A stretch of 63,089 bases of DNA, counting the filler, from Actinomycetales bacterium (GTDB lineage Bacteria; Actinomycetota; Actinomycetes; Actinomycetales; CAVURS01), in the NCBI GenBank assembly GCA_045807245.1. It is 5 parts of 5 records of this genome, joined end to end, with 100 filler letters (N's around TTAATTAATTAA, not from the genome) between each part and the next. Parts side by side here need not be neighbours in the genome. Positions count along the whole stretch, not along the records: positions 20,071 to 45,333 come from JBJMHS010000013.1; 4 more parts are not named here. One strand, 5' to 3'. The notes under the pieces were generated by a model. The model was given only the letters and a program-made list of their open reading frames with translations, was not told where the DNA came from and searched no databases. The position numbers were made by a program, and so were the translations under genes. Of this stretch, positions 20,515 to 30,360 are shown in pieces (position 1 is the first letter of the stretch; every line of letters starts with the position of its first letter).

Positions 20515-20627
20515 TTCAGACACCTGTCCACAGGGGCAGAAGTCACAACCGTATAACGGTGACCGGGCGGAACCCGCTGCACCGCAACGGGTTCCGTCGC
20601 CCAACGAAACCGGAGACAGTTCCTAGG

Positions 20628-22772
20628 TCACACGGACACCGTCTCGGCGTCGTCATCCCGAACCGCGGGCCGAGTCCTGACCAACGGCGACGGCTCGACT
20701 CGCAGGATCCGGGCCAGACCGGCGGGCAGCCACCAGTTGTAGGCGCCGAACAGGCTGACCAGGGCCGGCACCAGCAGGGCCCGGATGATCGTGGCGTCGA
20801 TCAGGATGCCGACACCGAGCGCCGTACCCATCACCTTGATGTCGGTGCCTGGGGACGAGGCCAGAGCCGAGAAGGCGAAGAACAGGATCAGCGCGGCCGA
20901 GGTCACCAGCCGACCGGTTCGCCCCAGCCCGGTCACCACGGCGGCTTGGGTGTCCCCGGTGGCGTCGTACTCCTCCCGCATGCGGGCCAGGATGAACACC
21001 TCGTAGTCCATCGACAGCCCGAACAAGAACGCGAAGATGATCACCGGGACCCAGAAGGTCAGTGCTCCGGTCGCCGAGATGCTGAAGATGGCGTCCGAGC
21101 CATGGCCGAGCTGCCAGAACCAGGTGATGGACCCGAACACCGCAGCCAGCGACACGAGGTTCAGCAGGACGGCCTTGATCGGCAGGATCAGCGACCGGAA
21201 CGTGCGCATCAGCAGGATGAACGTGATGAGCGCGATGAGGGCCATGACGTACGGGAACTTGTCGTACACCGCGCTGAAGTAGTCGCCGACGACCGCGCCG
21301 GTGCCGGTGACCTCGACGTCGCCCTGGGTCGCGCCCTCGACCGCCGAGCGGACGTCGTCGACGACCTTGTTCGACGAGCTGTCCACCGTCTCGTGCGCCG
21401 GAATGACATCGACGACCGCCCATTGCGGGGCGTTGCCACCGACGACGGCGAACTGCACACCGTCGACCTTGCTCGCCGCCTCCACCGCCGCATCGGCCTG
21501 GGCCGGCGGCACCAGAACCTCGATGGGCGTGAGGACGCCGGAGCCGACCCCCTTGTCGGTCAACGTGTGCAACGCGTCGTACGCCACGCCGTTGCGGGCC
21601 AGTGAGGCGATGCCGGCCTGGCCGATCTTGAGGCTGAACACCGGGATGATGAGCAGCGCCAGGATCGCGGCCGCGACACCCGCCGCGATCCACCGGCGCC
21701 GCACGATGAGGCGGCTCCACGCGGTCCAGCCACGGGATGCGGTGCCCTCGTGGCGGATCCGCGGCCAGTCGACCCGCCGCCCGATCCCCGCCAACAGCGC
21801 TGGCAGAAGAGTGAGACAGACGCTCACGCTGACGAGCGGGATGAGCAGGCCGCCGACACCCATGCTGCGCAAGAACGGCACCGGTACGACGATCAGCGCG
21901 ACCAGGCTGATGGCAACTGTCCCCCCGGACGCGAACACGGCGTGGCCGGCGGTCCGCATCGCCGTGATGACCGCGGTCTCGTTGTCATGCCCGTGCGCTC
22001 TCTCCTCGCGCCATCGGGACACGAGCAGCAGCGAGTAGTCGATCGCCACTCCCAGACCGATCAGGGCGATCAGGAACTGGACGACGAAGCTGACGTCGCT
22101 GAATGTCGTCAGCCCCAGCACGAGCAGGAACGTCGTGAGGATAGACACCGCGGCGATGACCATCGGCACCAGCGCGAGGAACGACGCGAAGACGAAGGCG
22201 AGGACCAGCAGCGCCCCCAGTGCCCCGAGCAAGGTCTCGACCAGCACGCTGGGACCCTCGCTGCTGCTGTCGCCCGCGGACAGCTGGCCGTACGACGTCA
22301 TGCCACTCGTGAAGCCCTTGGCCTGGGCGGCCTGCGCGAGCGCGGCTCGGAGCTTGGCCTCAGGGCCGGCCGCGAACGACGTCGGCTGCGGTTCCTGCAT
22401 GAGCGCGAAGGCAGTCCGGCCGTCCTTGGTGACGAACGCGGCGTCGCCGGTGCTCGCCTGGTCGACCAGGCGCACCTTCGGGAACACGCCGCTCGCCTGC
22501 TTGAACACGGCCTCCACGGCATCCTTGTTGGCGTCGACGGTCTGCCCCCGCGGAACGGTGACGACCGCGACGAAGGTGTCGAACGAGCTGGTGCCGTAGG
22601 CCTCCATCAGGTGCTTCTCGGCCGTGTCGCCCGGCTGACCGGGCAGCGAGAAGTCCACGCTGAGCCGGCCGGGCACCGCCCCGGCGGCAAAGATGCCGGC
22701 GACGAAGAGCACGAGCCAGCCGACATAGACGATGCGGCGGTGATGGATGACGAGGCGGGCGAGGCGTTCCAC
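20628..22772 (-). CDS. MMPL family (RND) transporter
   Basis: GLGVAIDYSLLLVSRWREE and FGLSMDYEVFILARMREE, TGRLVTSAALI. Confidence 0.95.
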   Translation of the reverse strand: MERLARLVIHHRRIVYVGWLVLFVAGIFAAGAVPGRLSVDFSLPGQPGDTAEKHLMEAYGTSSFDTFVAVVTVPRGQTVDANKDAVEAVFKQASGVFPKVRLVDQASTGDAAFVTKDGRTAFALMQEPQPTSFAAGPEAKLRAALAQAAQAKGFTSGMTSYGQLSAGDSSSEGPSVLVETLLGALGALLVLAFVFASFLALVPMVIAAVSILTTFLLVLGLTTFSDVSFVVQFLIALIGLGVAIDYSLLLVSRWREERAHGHDNETAVITAMRTAGHAVFASGGTVAISLVALIVVPVPFLRSMGVGGLLIPLVSVSVCLTLLPALLAGIGRRVDWPRIRHEGTASRGWTAWSRLIVRRRWIAAGVAAAILALLIIPVFSLKIGQAGIASLARNGVAYDALHTLTDKGVGSGVLTPIEVLVPPAQADAAVEAASKVDGVQFAVVGGNAPQWAVVDVIPAHETVDSSSNKVVDDVRSAVEGATQGDVEVTGTGAVVGDYFSAVYDKFPYVMALIALITFILLMRTFRSLILPIKAVLLNLVSLAAVFGSITWFWQLGHGSDAIFSISATGALTFWVPVIIFAFLFGLSMDYEVFILARMREEYDATGDTQAAVVTGLGRTGRLVTSAALILFFAFSALASSPGTDIKVMGTALGVGILIDATIIRALLVPALVSLFGAYNWWLPAGLARILRVEPSPLVRTRPAVRDDDAETVSV

Positions 22773-22834
22773 GATGCTTCTCCTGGCGAACTAGAGGTCC
22801 GAAGCCGAGAGTGAAGGTAGCTCTAGCCGCTGAC

Positions 22835-22855
22835 ATAGTCAACGGAGTAAACTAT
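22835..22855. promoter_or_regulatory. Putative MarR operator
   Basis: AT-rich imperfect palindrome ATAGTcaACggaGTaaACTAT between divergent mmpL and marR. Confidence 0.55.
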
Positions 22856-22907
22856 TAATCAGGTAAACCCCCGACCGGACTCAGGGGCATCCCCGGTTGA
22901 CAGGAGG

Positions 22908-23768
22908 TTGCGCGTGCGAGCGGCGACGCGGCCCGACCTGAAGTCCTTCACGGGGTTCCTGCTCCGCCGCGCCTTCGCACGTGCCGTGGGCATCGAGCAG
23001 GCCTGCATCGGGGACGACGCGCGCATGCGCGAAGTCTCGGTGCTGATCATCCTGGACGAGTTCGGAGCCGTGTCCCAGCGCGAGGTCGCCGAGCTGACCC
23101 ACATCTCCCCCACGGTCATGGTGCGGCTGGTCGACTCGTTGGAGCAGAAGGGCTGGGTCACTCGCGAGCGCAACGCCGACGACCGCCGCTCCTACGCGTT
23201 GCGACTCACGACCCTCGGCCGGACCAAGCTCCGTCGCGTCGGGCTGGACCTCGACGCGAGCGACGAGCAGCTCACGGCCGGGCTGGACGCGGACGAGGTC
23301 GCTCGCCTCAACGCGCACCTGCGCACGCTGCTCGAGGGCGATCCGGTCCTGCAGGTCGGTGGCCTCGCCGGCCGCACGACGTACCTGGTCACCCACGCCC
23401 ACCAGCGGACCCGGGTCAAGGCGCAGCGCGACCTGGCCGAGTTCGACCTGCACCCACGCGACTTCGGGCTCCTGGCCACGATCGGCCGCGACGAGCCCTG
23501 CTCGCAGAGCCACCTGGCAGCGACCCTCGGAGTGAGCGACCCGGCCATCCTGCCGGCGCTGGACGCGCTCGAGGCCCGCGGCCTGCTGACCCGCGAACGC
23601 AACGCCGACGACCGGCGGCTGGCCGACGTACGGCTCACCCCGCAGGGCGAGGCCATCCTCGGCGCCGCGCTCAAGCACGCCGCTGCGTTGCAGGCCGACA
23701 TCGTCAAGCGGCTCGGGACCAAGGACCACGCCGACCTGCGCGCACTGCTCAGCCGGATCATCGGCTGA
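22908..23768 (+). CDS. Tandem two-domain MarR family regulator
   Basis: Two copies of wHTH with TRERNADDRR wing motif. Confidence 0.9.
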   Translation: MRVRAATRPDLKSFTGFLLRRAFARAVGIEQACIGDDARMREVSVLIILDEFGAVSQREVAELTHISPTVMVRLVDSLEQKGWVTRERNADDRRSYALRLTTLGRTKLRRVGLDLDASDEQLTAGLDADEVARLNAHLRTLLEGDPVLQVGGLAGRTTYLVTHAHQRTRVKAQRDLAEFDLHPRDFGLLATIGRDEPCSQSHLAATLGVSDPAILPALDALEARGLLTRERNADDRRLADVRLTPQGEAILGAALKHAAALQADIVKRLGTKDHADLRALLSRIIG

Positions 23769-23790
23769 GCCGCCGCCGAAGCACGCAGCC

Positions 23791-24561
23791 ATGGCCAGCG
23801 TCGTCCCGGCCGCCGAACAGACCCTGGCCATCCTGCGATACCTGGCCCGGCACTCCGGGCCGGTGCCGGCGGCGACGATCGCCCGCGACCTGGGAATACC
23901 TCGCTCCTCGACGTACCACCTGCTGGCGGTCCTGGCCCGCGAGGGGTTCGTCGTGCATCTGCCCGAGGAGCGCCGGTACGGCGTGGGTGTCAGTGCACTC
24001 GAGCTCGGTACGGCGTTCGCCCGCCAGGCACCCTTGCAACGTCTCGCCCGCGCGCCCTTGGCCCGGCTGGTGGACCAGACCGGGCACTCGGCCCACCTGG
24101 CGATCCTGCACGGCCGAGACGTCCTGTACGTCGTGGAGGAGCGGGCGCCCGGGCGGCCGTCACTGGTGACCGACGTCGGGGTGCGGCTGCCGGCCCAGCT
24201 CACCGCGAGCGGTCGTGCGATGTTGGCGGCGCTACAGCCATCCCAGGTGCGGGCGCTCTTCCCGGACCGGTCGGCGTTCGTCGAACGGCACGGGACCGGG
24301 CCGGCGTCGCTGTCCGCCTTGCGTCGCCTCCTGACCGAGGTGCGGCAGCGCGGCTACGCCGTCGAGGACGGCGAGGTGACGCCCGGCTTCGCGTCGGTCG
24401 CCAGCGCGGCCTACGACCACAACGCGCACCCGGTGGCCGGCGTCGCCGTCACGTTCGCCACCACGGGAACCACTGCAACAGAACAACTTTCGTTGGCAGA
24501 GGCGGTTCGCTCCACCGCCGCCGCCCTGACCCGCCGGATCAGCGGCCACGCTCCGGACTAG
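23791..24561 (+). CDS. IclR family regulator (actinobacterial HutR-like)
   Basis: VPAAEQTLAILRYLA..IPRSSTYHLL, VGVRLPAQLTASGRAML. Confidence 0.9.
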   Translation: MASVVPAAEQTLAILRYLARHSGPVPAATIARDLGIPRSSTYHLLAVLAREGFVVHLPEERRYGVGVSALELGTAFARQAPLQRLARAPLARLVDQTGHSAHLAILHGRDVLYVVEERAPGRPSLVTDVGVRLPAQLTASGRAMLAALQPSQVRALFPDRSAFVERHGTGPASLSALRRLLTEVRQRGYAVEDGEVTPGFASVASAAYDHNAHPVAGVAVTFATTGTTATEQLSLAEAVRSTAAALTRRISGHAPD

Positions 24562-24956
24562 CCGATCGTCAGCTTCTCCACGAGGAACGGCAGGCCCTGC
24601 ATGCAGTGGCTCATCGCCTGGACCAGGTGGCCGGTCACGAGCACCCGGTCCCCGTCCCGCGGCACCGGCTTCGGGTCGAGCAGCTCGAACTGGCCTCGGA
24701 TGGACTGCAGGACCAGACAGCCCGGTTCGGCCCCTTGGCGAACTGTGCCGCTGAGCGTCACCGTTCCCTGCCCGATGTACGGCGGGTCGCTCGGCTCTCG
24801 TTCCGGGAAGGTGCTGGGGCTCTCACTCGCGGTCGGCACCGGGCTGGCCGACAGGCTGCCCGTCGGGGTCGCCTGCCCCCCGGGCGCCGAGCCGCCGGAG
24901 CTTGCGCAGCCGGTCAGGGCCAGGGCCGACAGGACCACCAGGGCGCACCACCTCAT
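24558..24956 (-). CDS. Small lipoprotein
   Basis: Lipobox ALTG-C, S/P/T-rich linker, GAEPGC..HCMQG domain. Confidence 0.75.
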   Translation of the reverse strand: MRWCALVVLSALALTGCASSGGSAPGGQATPTGSLSASPVPTASESPSTFPEREPSDPPYIGQGTVTLSGTVRQGAEPGCLVLQSIRGQFELLDPKPVPRDGDRVLVTGHLVQAMSHCMQGLPFLVEKLTIG

Positions 24957-24981
24957 GCCGGTACGACGCATCATGAGCGGC

Positions 24982-25926
24982 ATGCGTTCCACCTTCGCCG
25001 ATCGGCTCGCCGACCGCGAGCAGGGGCCGGTCATCCTGGACGGCGGCCTGGCCAGCGAGCTCGAGCGGCGGGGTCACGACGTGTCGGGCTCGCTCTGGTC
25101 GGCTCGGGTGCTGCGCGACCAGCCGGACGCCGTACGCGCCGTGCACGCGGCCTACTTCGCGGCCGGGTCGGAGGTCGCCACATCAGCGAGCTACCAGGCG
25201 ACCTACGAGGGGTACGCCGCGGCCGGCACCAGCGCCCCGGAGACGACGCGCCTGCTGCGGCGCAGCGTCGAGCTGGCCGACCAGGCCCGCCGGGACGCCG
25301 CCGAGCAGGACGAGGCGGCGGGGCGACCCGTGCGGCGCCGGTGGGTCGCTGCCTCGGTGGGCCCGTACGGCGCGCTGCTCGCCGACGGGTCGGAGTACCG
25401 CGGCGACTACGGCCGGACGACGGACGAGCTGCGCGCGTTCCACCGGGCCCGGCTGCAGGTGCTCGCGGGGGCCTGCCTCGACGTGGGGGACGCCGTCCTC
25501 GCCGTCGAGACCATCCCGAGCCTGCGCGAGGTCGAGGCGCTCGTCGACGAGATCGCCGGGCTCGGCGTACCGGCCTGGGTCAGTGTCACGCCGGCCGGTG
25601 GCCGGCTGCGGACCGGGGAGCCGCTCGAGGCAGCCTTCGCCGTCGCCACGGCCGCACCCGAGCTGGTCGCGCTCGGCGTCAACTGCTGCGACCCCGCCGA
25701 TGTCGACGAGGGCCTCGCGGCCGCCGTGGCCACCGGCCGGCCGGCCCTCGCCTACCCGAACACCGGCGAGGCCTGGGATGCCGGCGCGCGCGTGTGGACG
25801 GGGCGCCCGACGCTCGACCCCGAGGTCGCCGCGCGGTGGGTGGACGAAGGAGCGCGGGCCCTCGGCGGCTGCTGCCGCGTCGGACCCGCGCTCCTCGGTG
25901 AGATCGCCGCTGCCGTCGGCAGGTGA
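24982..25926 (+). CDS. mmuM: Homocysteine S-methyltransferase
   Basis: ILDGGLASELE, LWSA, SYQA, ASVGPYGA..DGSEYRG, GVNC, GGCC Zn ligands. Confidence 0.92.
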   Translation: MRSTFADRLADREQGPVILDGGLASELERRGHDVSGSLWSARVLRDQPDAVRAVHAAYFAAGSEVATSASYQATYEGYAAAGTSAPETTRLLRRSVELADQARRDAAEQDEAAGRPVRRRWVAASVGPYGALLADGSEYRGDYGRTTDELRAFHRARLQVLAGACLDVGDAVLAVETIPSLREVEALVDEIAGLGVPAWVSVTPAGGRLRTGEPLEAAFAVATAAPELVALGVNCCDPADVDEGLAAAVATGRPALAYPNTGEAWDAGARVWTGRPTLDPEVAARWVDEGARALGGCCRVGPALLGEIAAAVGR

Positions 25927-25965
25927 CCCAGCGGGCTGGTCACCTGCCGACGTGCAGTCAGGCCG

Positions 25966-26886
25966 TCAGACGCCGGCCGTCGACAGCCAGTCCTTGGCGA
26001 CCTGGTCCGGGTCCTTCTTGTCCAGGACGACCGACTTCACCAGACCACCCAGGGTGGCCGTGTCGAGCTTGGCCGAGATGGCGTTCAACGTCGTCTTGAC
26101 CGTGTCGGTCGCCTTCGGGCCGTTGATCAGCGGGACGACGTTCTGGGCTGCGAACAGGTTGCTCGGGTCCTGCAGGATGACCCAGCCGTTGGCCGCGATG
26201 TTCGGGTCGGTCGTGAACACGTCGGCCGCCTGCACGCGGCCGCTCTTGAGCGCCTGGATGGTGAGCGGGCCACCGGCATCCAGCGCCAGGAACTTGCCGA
26301 ACGTCACGCCGTACTTGGCCTTCAGCCCCGGCAGACCCGTGGGCCGCGTCTTCCACTCCGGCGGGCCGCCGATCGCCAGCTTGCCGGCGACGGCCTTGAG
26401 GTCGCCGATCGAGGTCAGGTTGTACTTGGTCGCCGTGTCCTTGGTGACGACGACCGAGTCCTTGTCCTCGGCTGCGGCCTGGTCGAGCACCGTCAGCGGA
26501 GCGGGGGTGGCCTTCTGCAACGCGGCGTACACGTCGGCCGAGCTCACCGCCGTCGCCGACTTGTCGAAGTACTGCAGCAGCACGCCCGAGTACTCGGGGA
26601 TCAGGTCGATCGACCCGTCCTTGAGTGCCGGGATGTAGGTCTCACGGCTGCCGATGTTGAGCTTCTTGGTGACCTGCACGCCCTTGGCGCTCAACGCGTC
26701 GGCGTAGATGTCGGCCAGAAGCACGTTCTCCGGGAAGTTGGCCGAGCCGACGACGATCGTGTCGGTCGGTGCCTTCGACCCGCCGGCACTGCCGAGGGGG
26801 CTGCCACCGCTGGAGCCCCCGCACGCAGCAAGCGCCATGACGGTCGCCAACGCTGCGCCGAGGAGTCCGGCCCTGGTGCGCTTCAT
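25966..26886 (-). CDS. Quaternary-amine/osmoprotectant ABC substrate-binding lipoprotein (OpuAC/OsmF family)
   Basis: Lipobox LAA-C, VGSANFPE, PEYSG, LQDPSNLF. Confidence 0.92.
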   Translation of the reverse strand: MKRTRAGLLGAALATVMALAACGGSSGGSPLGSAGGSKAPTDTIVVGSANFPENVLLADIYADALSAKGVQVTKKLNIGSRETYIPALKDGSIDLIPEYSGVLLQYFDKSATAVSSADVYAALQKATPAPLTVLDQAAAEDKDSVVVTKDTATKYNLTSIGDLKAVAGKLAIGGPPEWKTRPTGLPGLKAKYGVTFGKFLALDAGGPLTIQALKSGRVQAADVFTTDPNIAANGWVILQDPSNLFAAQNVVPLINGPKATDTVKTTLNAISAKLDTATLGGLVKSVVLDKKDPDQVAKDWLSTAGV

Positions 26887-26948
26887 CGATTCTCTCCTGT
26901 CGTGGTTTCTTTCTGTACTAAACCTATCGGGATAGCAGACAAGTCCAC

Positions 26949-27716
26949 CTATGCGGGTACCCCGATCTGCTTGAGGTCCACGTCTTCGGCGACCTCGCCA
27001 CTGGCCGCACCGCGGGCCGTGACGGTGCCCCGCGCGTAGCGGCCCGTGATGCCGCGCGAGACAGCGAGGCGCTGGATCGTCGCGAGCACCAGGTCGCACA
27101 GGACGGCCAGCAGCGCGACGAGCACTGCGCCCGCGGCCATCTCGTAGTAGTTGCGGGTCTGCTGCCCCTCGCGGATGAGGTAGCCGAACCCGCCCAGCGA
27201 GACGTACGCCGCGATGGTCGCCGTCGCGATGACCTGCAGGACCGCGCTACGCAGACCGGAGAAGATCAACGGCAACGCGTTCGGCACCTCGACCCGGCTC
27301 AGGACCTGTCCGCCGGTCATGCCCATCCCGTACGCCGCATCGCGCACGGCCGGGTCCACACCGTCGACCCCGGCGTAGGTGTTGCTGAGGATGGGCGGCA
27401 CGGCGAGGACCACGAGGGTGAGCACGGTCGGCCACAGGTACGCGACGCCGGCCGGGAGCTTGGCCTGCAGCAGCAGGACGACGAGGTACAGCAGGCCGAT
27501 GGTCGGCAGCGCGCGGACCGAGTTGGCGATCCCGACGACCGCGGTCGCTCCGCGCCCGGTGTGGCCGATGTAGAGCCCGAGCGGCAACGCGATCAGGAGC
27601 GCGATCAGCACTGCGCCGAAGGAGTAGCCGAGGTGCTCGAGCAGCCGGGCCGGGATGCCGTCGGTCGTGTTCCAGTTCGCCGAGTCGGACAGGAAGTCCC
27701 AGATGCCGTTGATCAT
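26949..27716 (-). CDS. ABC permease (OpuBB/ProW-like)
   Basis: DAAYGMGMT EAA-like motif, VIATATIAAYV; ATG overlaps upstream stop. Confidence 0.92.
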   Translation of the reverse strand: MINGIWDFLSDSANWNTTDGIPARLLEHLGYSFGAVLIALLIALPLGLYIGHTGRGATAVVGIANSVRALPTIGLLYLVVLLLQAKLPAGVAYLWPTVLTLVVLAVPPILSNTYAGVDGVDPAVRDAAYGMGMTGGQVLSRVEVPNALPLIFSGLRSAVLQVIATATIAAYVSLGGFGYLIREGQQTRNYYEMAAGAVLVALLAVLCDLVLATIQRLAVSRGITGRYARGTVTARGAASGEVAEDVDLKQIGVPA

Positions 27717-28378
27717 GACCGCGACACCGCCCGTCGCCACGGCGTGAGCCATCGGCTGAGCAGGGTGACGACGGTGTCCAGGATCAGCGCCAGGATGACG
27801 CACAGCACGATCCCGGTGACGATCCTGGTGTACGACGCGTAGATGAACCCGTCCGTGAACAGCTGGCCGAGCTGCGGTACGCCGAGCAGGGCGGCGACGG
27901 CGACCAGGCTCACGTTGGCGACCGTGGCCACCCGCAGCCCGGCCGCTATGACCGGTACGGCGATCGGCAGCTCGACTCGCAGGAACCGCTGGAAACCCTT
28001 GTATCCCATCGCTGTTGCGGCCTGCGCGACGTCTTCCGGGACTGAGGCCAGCCCGTCCGCGACCACGCGCACCATCAGCGCGACGCTGTACATCGTGAGG
28101 GCCACGACGACGTTGACCGGCGAGAGGATCTGGGTGTGCAGGAACCCGGGCAGCACGACGAAGAGCGCGATCGAGGGGATCGTGTAGATGACACCGGCCA
28201 CGGAGACCAGGGGCGGGTAGGCCCAGCGGTACCGGTTCATCACCCAGCCGATCGGGAGCGAGATGGCCAGCCCGATGACGACCGGGATGACCGAAAGCCA
28301 TGCGTGCCAGGCGAACCAGCCCGCGATCGTGTGCGCGTTGTCCTTGAGGAACGCGGTGTCGATGCCGCCCGCTGTCAT
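27713..28378 (-). CDS. ABC permease (OpuBB/ProW-like)
   Basis: YTIPSIALF, AATAMGY..RVELP. Confidence 0.92.
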   Translation of the reverse strand: MTAGGIDTAFLKDNAHTIAGWFAWHAWLSVIPVVIGLAISLPIGWVMNRYRWAYPPLVSVAGVIYTIPSIALFVVLPGFLHTQILSPVNVVVALTMYSVALMVRVVADGLASVPEDVAQAATAMGYKGFQRFLRVELPIAVPVIAAGLRVATVANVSLVAVAALLGVPQLGQLFTDGFIYASYTRIVTGIVLCVILALILDTVVTLLSRWLTPWRRAVSRS

Positions 28379-29481
28379 CGCCCCGCCTCGATCCGGTCCA
28401 GCACCTCGCGGGCCGTGATCGTGCCGAGCAGCCGGCCGTCCTCGTCCGCGAGAACGCCCCGGCCGGACGGTGAGGACAACGCCGCGTCCAGGGCCGCGCG
28501 CAGCGAACCGCCTTGCGTCGCAACGGTTCCACCGCGATGCAGCTCGGCGCGGCCGATCTCGGCCGCAGACCCGTTCCCCGCGGCAGCGCCCGCGCGCGCG
28601 TCGTACCAGCCGAGCGGCTTGTCGCCGTCGTCGATCACCAGGACCCAGCCGTCGACCGCCGCGCGCGTCCCGTCCGCGGGAGACTCACCGAGCCGGACGG
28701 TCTGCTCCTTGGTCACCGGCAGGTCACCGGCATTCTCGAAGCCCAGCGCACGGTAGCCCCGGTCACGCCCGACGAAGCCGGCCACGAAGTCGTCCGCCGG
28801 CCGGCTCAGCAGCTCCGCCGGCGACGCGAGCTGGGCCAGGTTGCCGCCGACCCGCAGGACCGCGACCTGGTCGCCGAGCTTGATCGCCTCGTCGATGTCG
28901 TGGGTGACGAAGACGATCGTCTTGCCGAGCTCGGCCTGCAGGCGCAGGAACTCGTCCTGCAGCTGGGCCCGCACGACCGGGTCGACGGCGCTGAACGGCT
29001 CGTCCATCAGCATCACCGGCGGGTCCGCGGCGAGCGCGCGGGCCACGCCTACACGCTGCTGCTGGCCGCCGGACAGCTGGGCCGGGTAGCGCTTGGCGAA
29101 CTCGACCGGCAGGCCGACCCGCTCCAGCAGCTCCATCGCCCCGGCTCGCGCCTGCTTGCGGTCCGTGCCCAACAGCAGCGGGACGGTCGCGACGTTGTCC
29201 AGGACCGTGCGGTGGGGGAACAGCCCGGCGTGCTGGATGACGTACCCCATGCCGCGCCGCAGCTCGGCCTTGGCGAATGTCGCGGTGTCGCGGTCGTCGA
29301 GCATGATCCGGCCGGAGGTCGGCTCGATCATCCGGTTGATCATCCGCAGCGACGTCGTCTTGCCGCAGCCGGACGGACCGACGAACACCGTGATCTGCCT
29401 GGACGGTGCCTCGAGGGACAGCGACTCGACGGCATTCGTGCCGTCGGGGTACCTCTTGCCCACCTGCTCGAAGCGGATCAC
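28375..29481 (-). CDS. ABC ATPase (OpuBA/ProV-like)
   Basis: GPSGCGKT, LSGGQQQRVGVARAL, MDEPFSAVDP, VTHD. Confidence 0.95.
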   Translation of the reverse strand: MIRFEQVGKRYPDGTNAVESLSLEAPSRQITVFVGPSGCGKTTSLRMINRMIEPTSGRIMLDDRDTATFAKAELRRGMGYVIQHAGLFPHRTVLDNVATVPLLLGTDRKQARAGAMELLERVGLPVEFAKRYPAQLSGGQQQRVGVARALAADPPVMLMDEPFSAVDPVVRAQLQDEFLRLQAELGKTIVFVTHDIDEAIKLGDQVAVLRVGGNLAQLASPAELLSRPADDFVAGFVGRDRGYRALGFENAGDLPVTKEQTVRLGESPADGTRAAVDGWVLVIDDGDKPLGWYDARAGAAAGNGSAAEIGRAELHRGGTVATQGGSLRAALDAALSSPSGRGVLADEDGRLLGTITAREVLDRIEAGR

Positions 29482-30182
29482 CCCGCCACCACCCTCTCCT
29501 GCTCGTGCTCTCCGAGTGCTTCCTCGAGGTGCTTGGCCTCGGCGACGACCACGGCGCCGAGCGCCGGGACCGCCGCCTGGTCCATCCGGTAGCCGGGCCC
29601 GATGACGCTCAGCGCGGCGACCACGCCGCCCGGGCGCCGGATCGGGACCGAGACCTGGGTCACGTCCGGTTCGGCCTCCGGCCGCGCCGCGGCGTACCCC
29701 GCCGGACCGACCGCGCCGGCGAGCGCGGCGCCGATCGGGCTGCCGGCCAGTGGCACGGTGTGACCCACCCAGGCGGCGTACCGGACCGGGTGCGTCCCGT
29801 CGTACGCCGCGACGTGGACGGCGAGGCCGTCACTGCCGCGCACGCTCAGGTACGACGACTCGCCGGTCACGCCGGTGAGCCGGGCCAAGGACGGGCGGGC
29901 CAGCGCGGCCAGCGGCTCGCGGGCCAGCGACCGGACGGCCAGCTGGAGCAGCCGCGGGCCGGCCCGCCAGCCCGCGTCCTCGTCCCGGACCACGAACTGC
30001 TCGCGCTCCAAGGTCCGCAGCAGGCGTAGCGCGGTGCTCGGCGGCAGCCCCGTGCGTCGCGAGGCGGCTGACAGCGACGTGATGTCGTCCGTGCAGACCG
30101 TCGCGAGCAGCGCGAGGGCGCGCTCGACGGCCCGGGTCGACGACCGCGCCGGGTCCTGCGGCGTCGCGACGTGCTTGGACAC
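29478..30182 (-). CDS. IclR family regulator, first gene of the ABC operon
   Basis: STRAVERALALL..LPPSTALRLLRTL; stop overlaps ATPase start. Confidence 0.9.
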   Translation of the reverse strand: MSKHVATPQDPARSSTRAVERALALLATVCTDDITSLSAASRRTGLPPSTALRLLRTLEREQFVVRDEDAGWRAGPRLLQLAVRSLAREPLAALARPSLARLTGVTGESSYLSVRGSDGLAVHVAAYDGTHPVRYAAWVGHTVPLAGSPIGAALAGAVGPAGYAAARPEAEPDVTQVSVPIRRPGGVVAALSVIGPGYRMDQAAVPALGAVVVAEAKHLEEALGEHEQERVVAG

Positions 30183-30360
30183 GGCCTGCCTCCGTCCCCG
30201 CTCCCTGGTGTGCCACCTGGCGAAATGCCCTTGCCATGACTGCTCGGGTCGACCCTTGCATGTGACACCGACAATGCGCGAGACAGATCCAGGCTGAACG
30301 GACAAAACGTCGCCGTTTCGTAATGTCCCGGCCGCCGCGGACCCGTGCCAGGGTGTCGGG

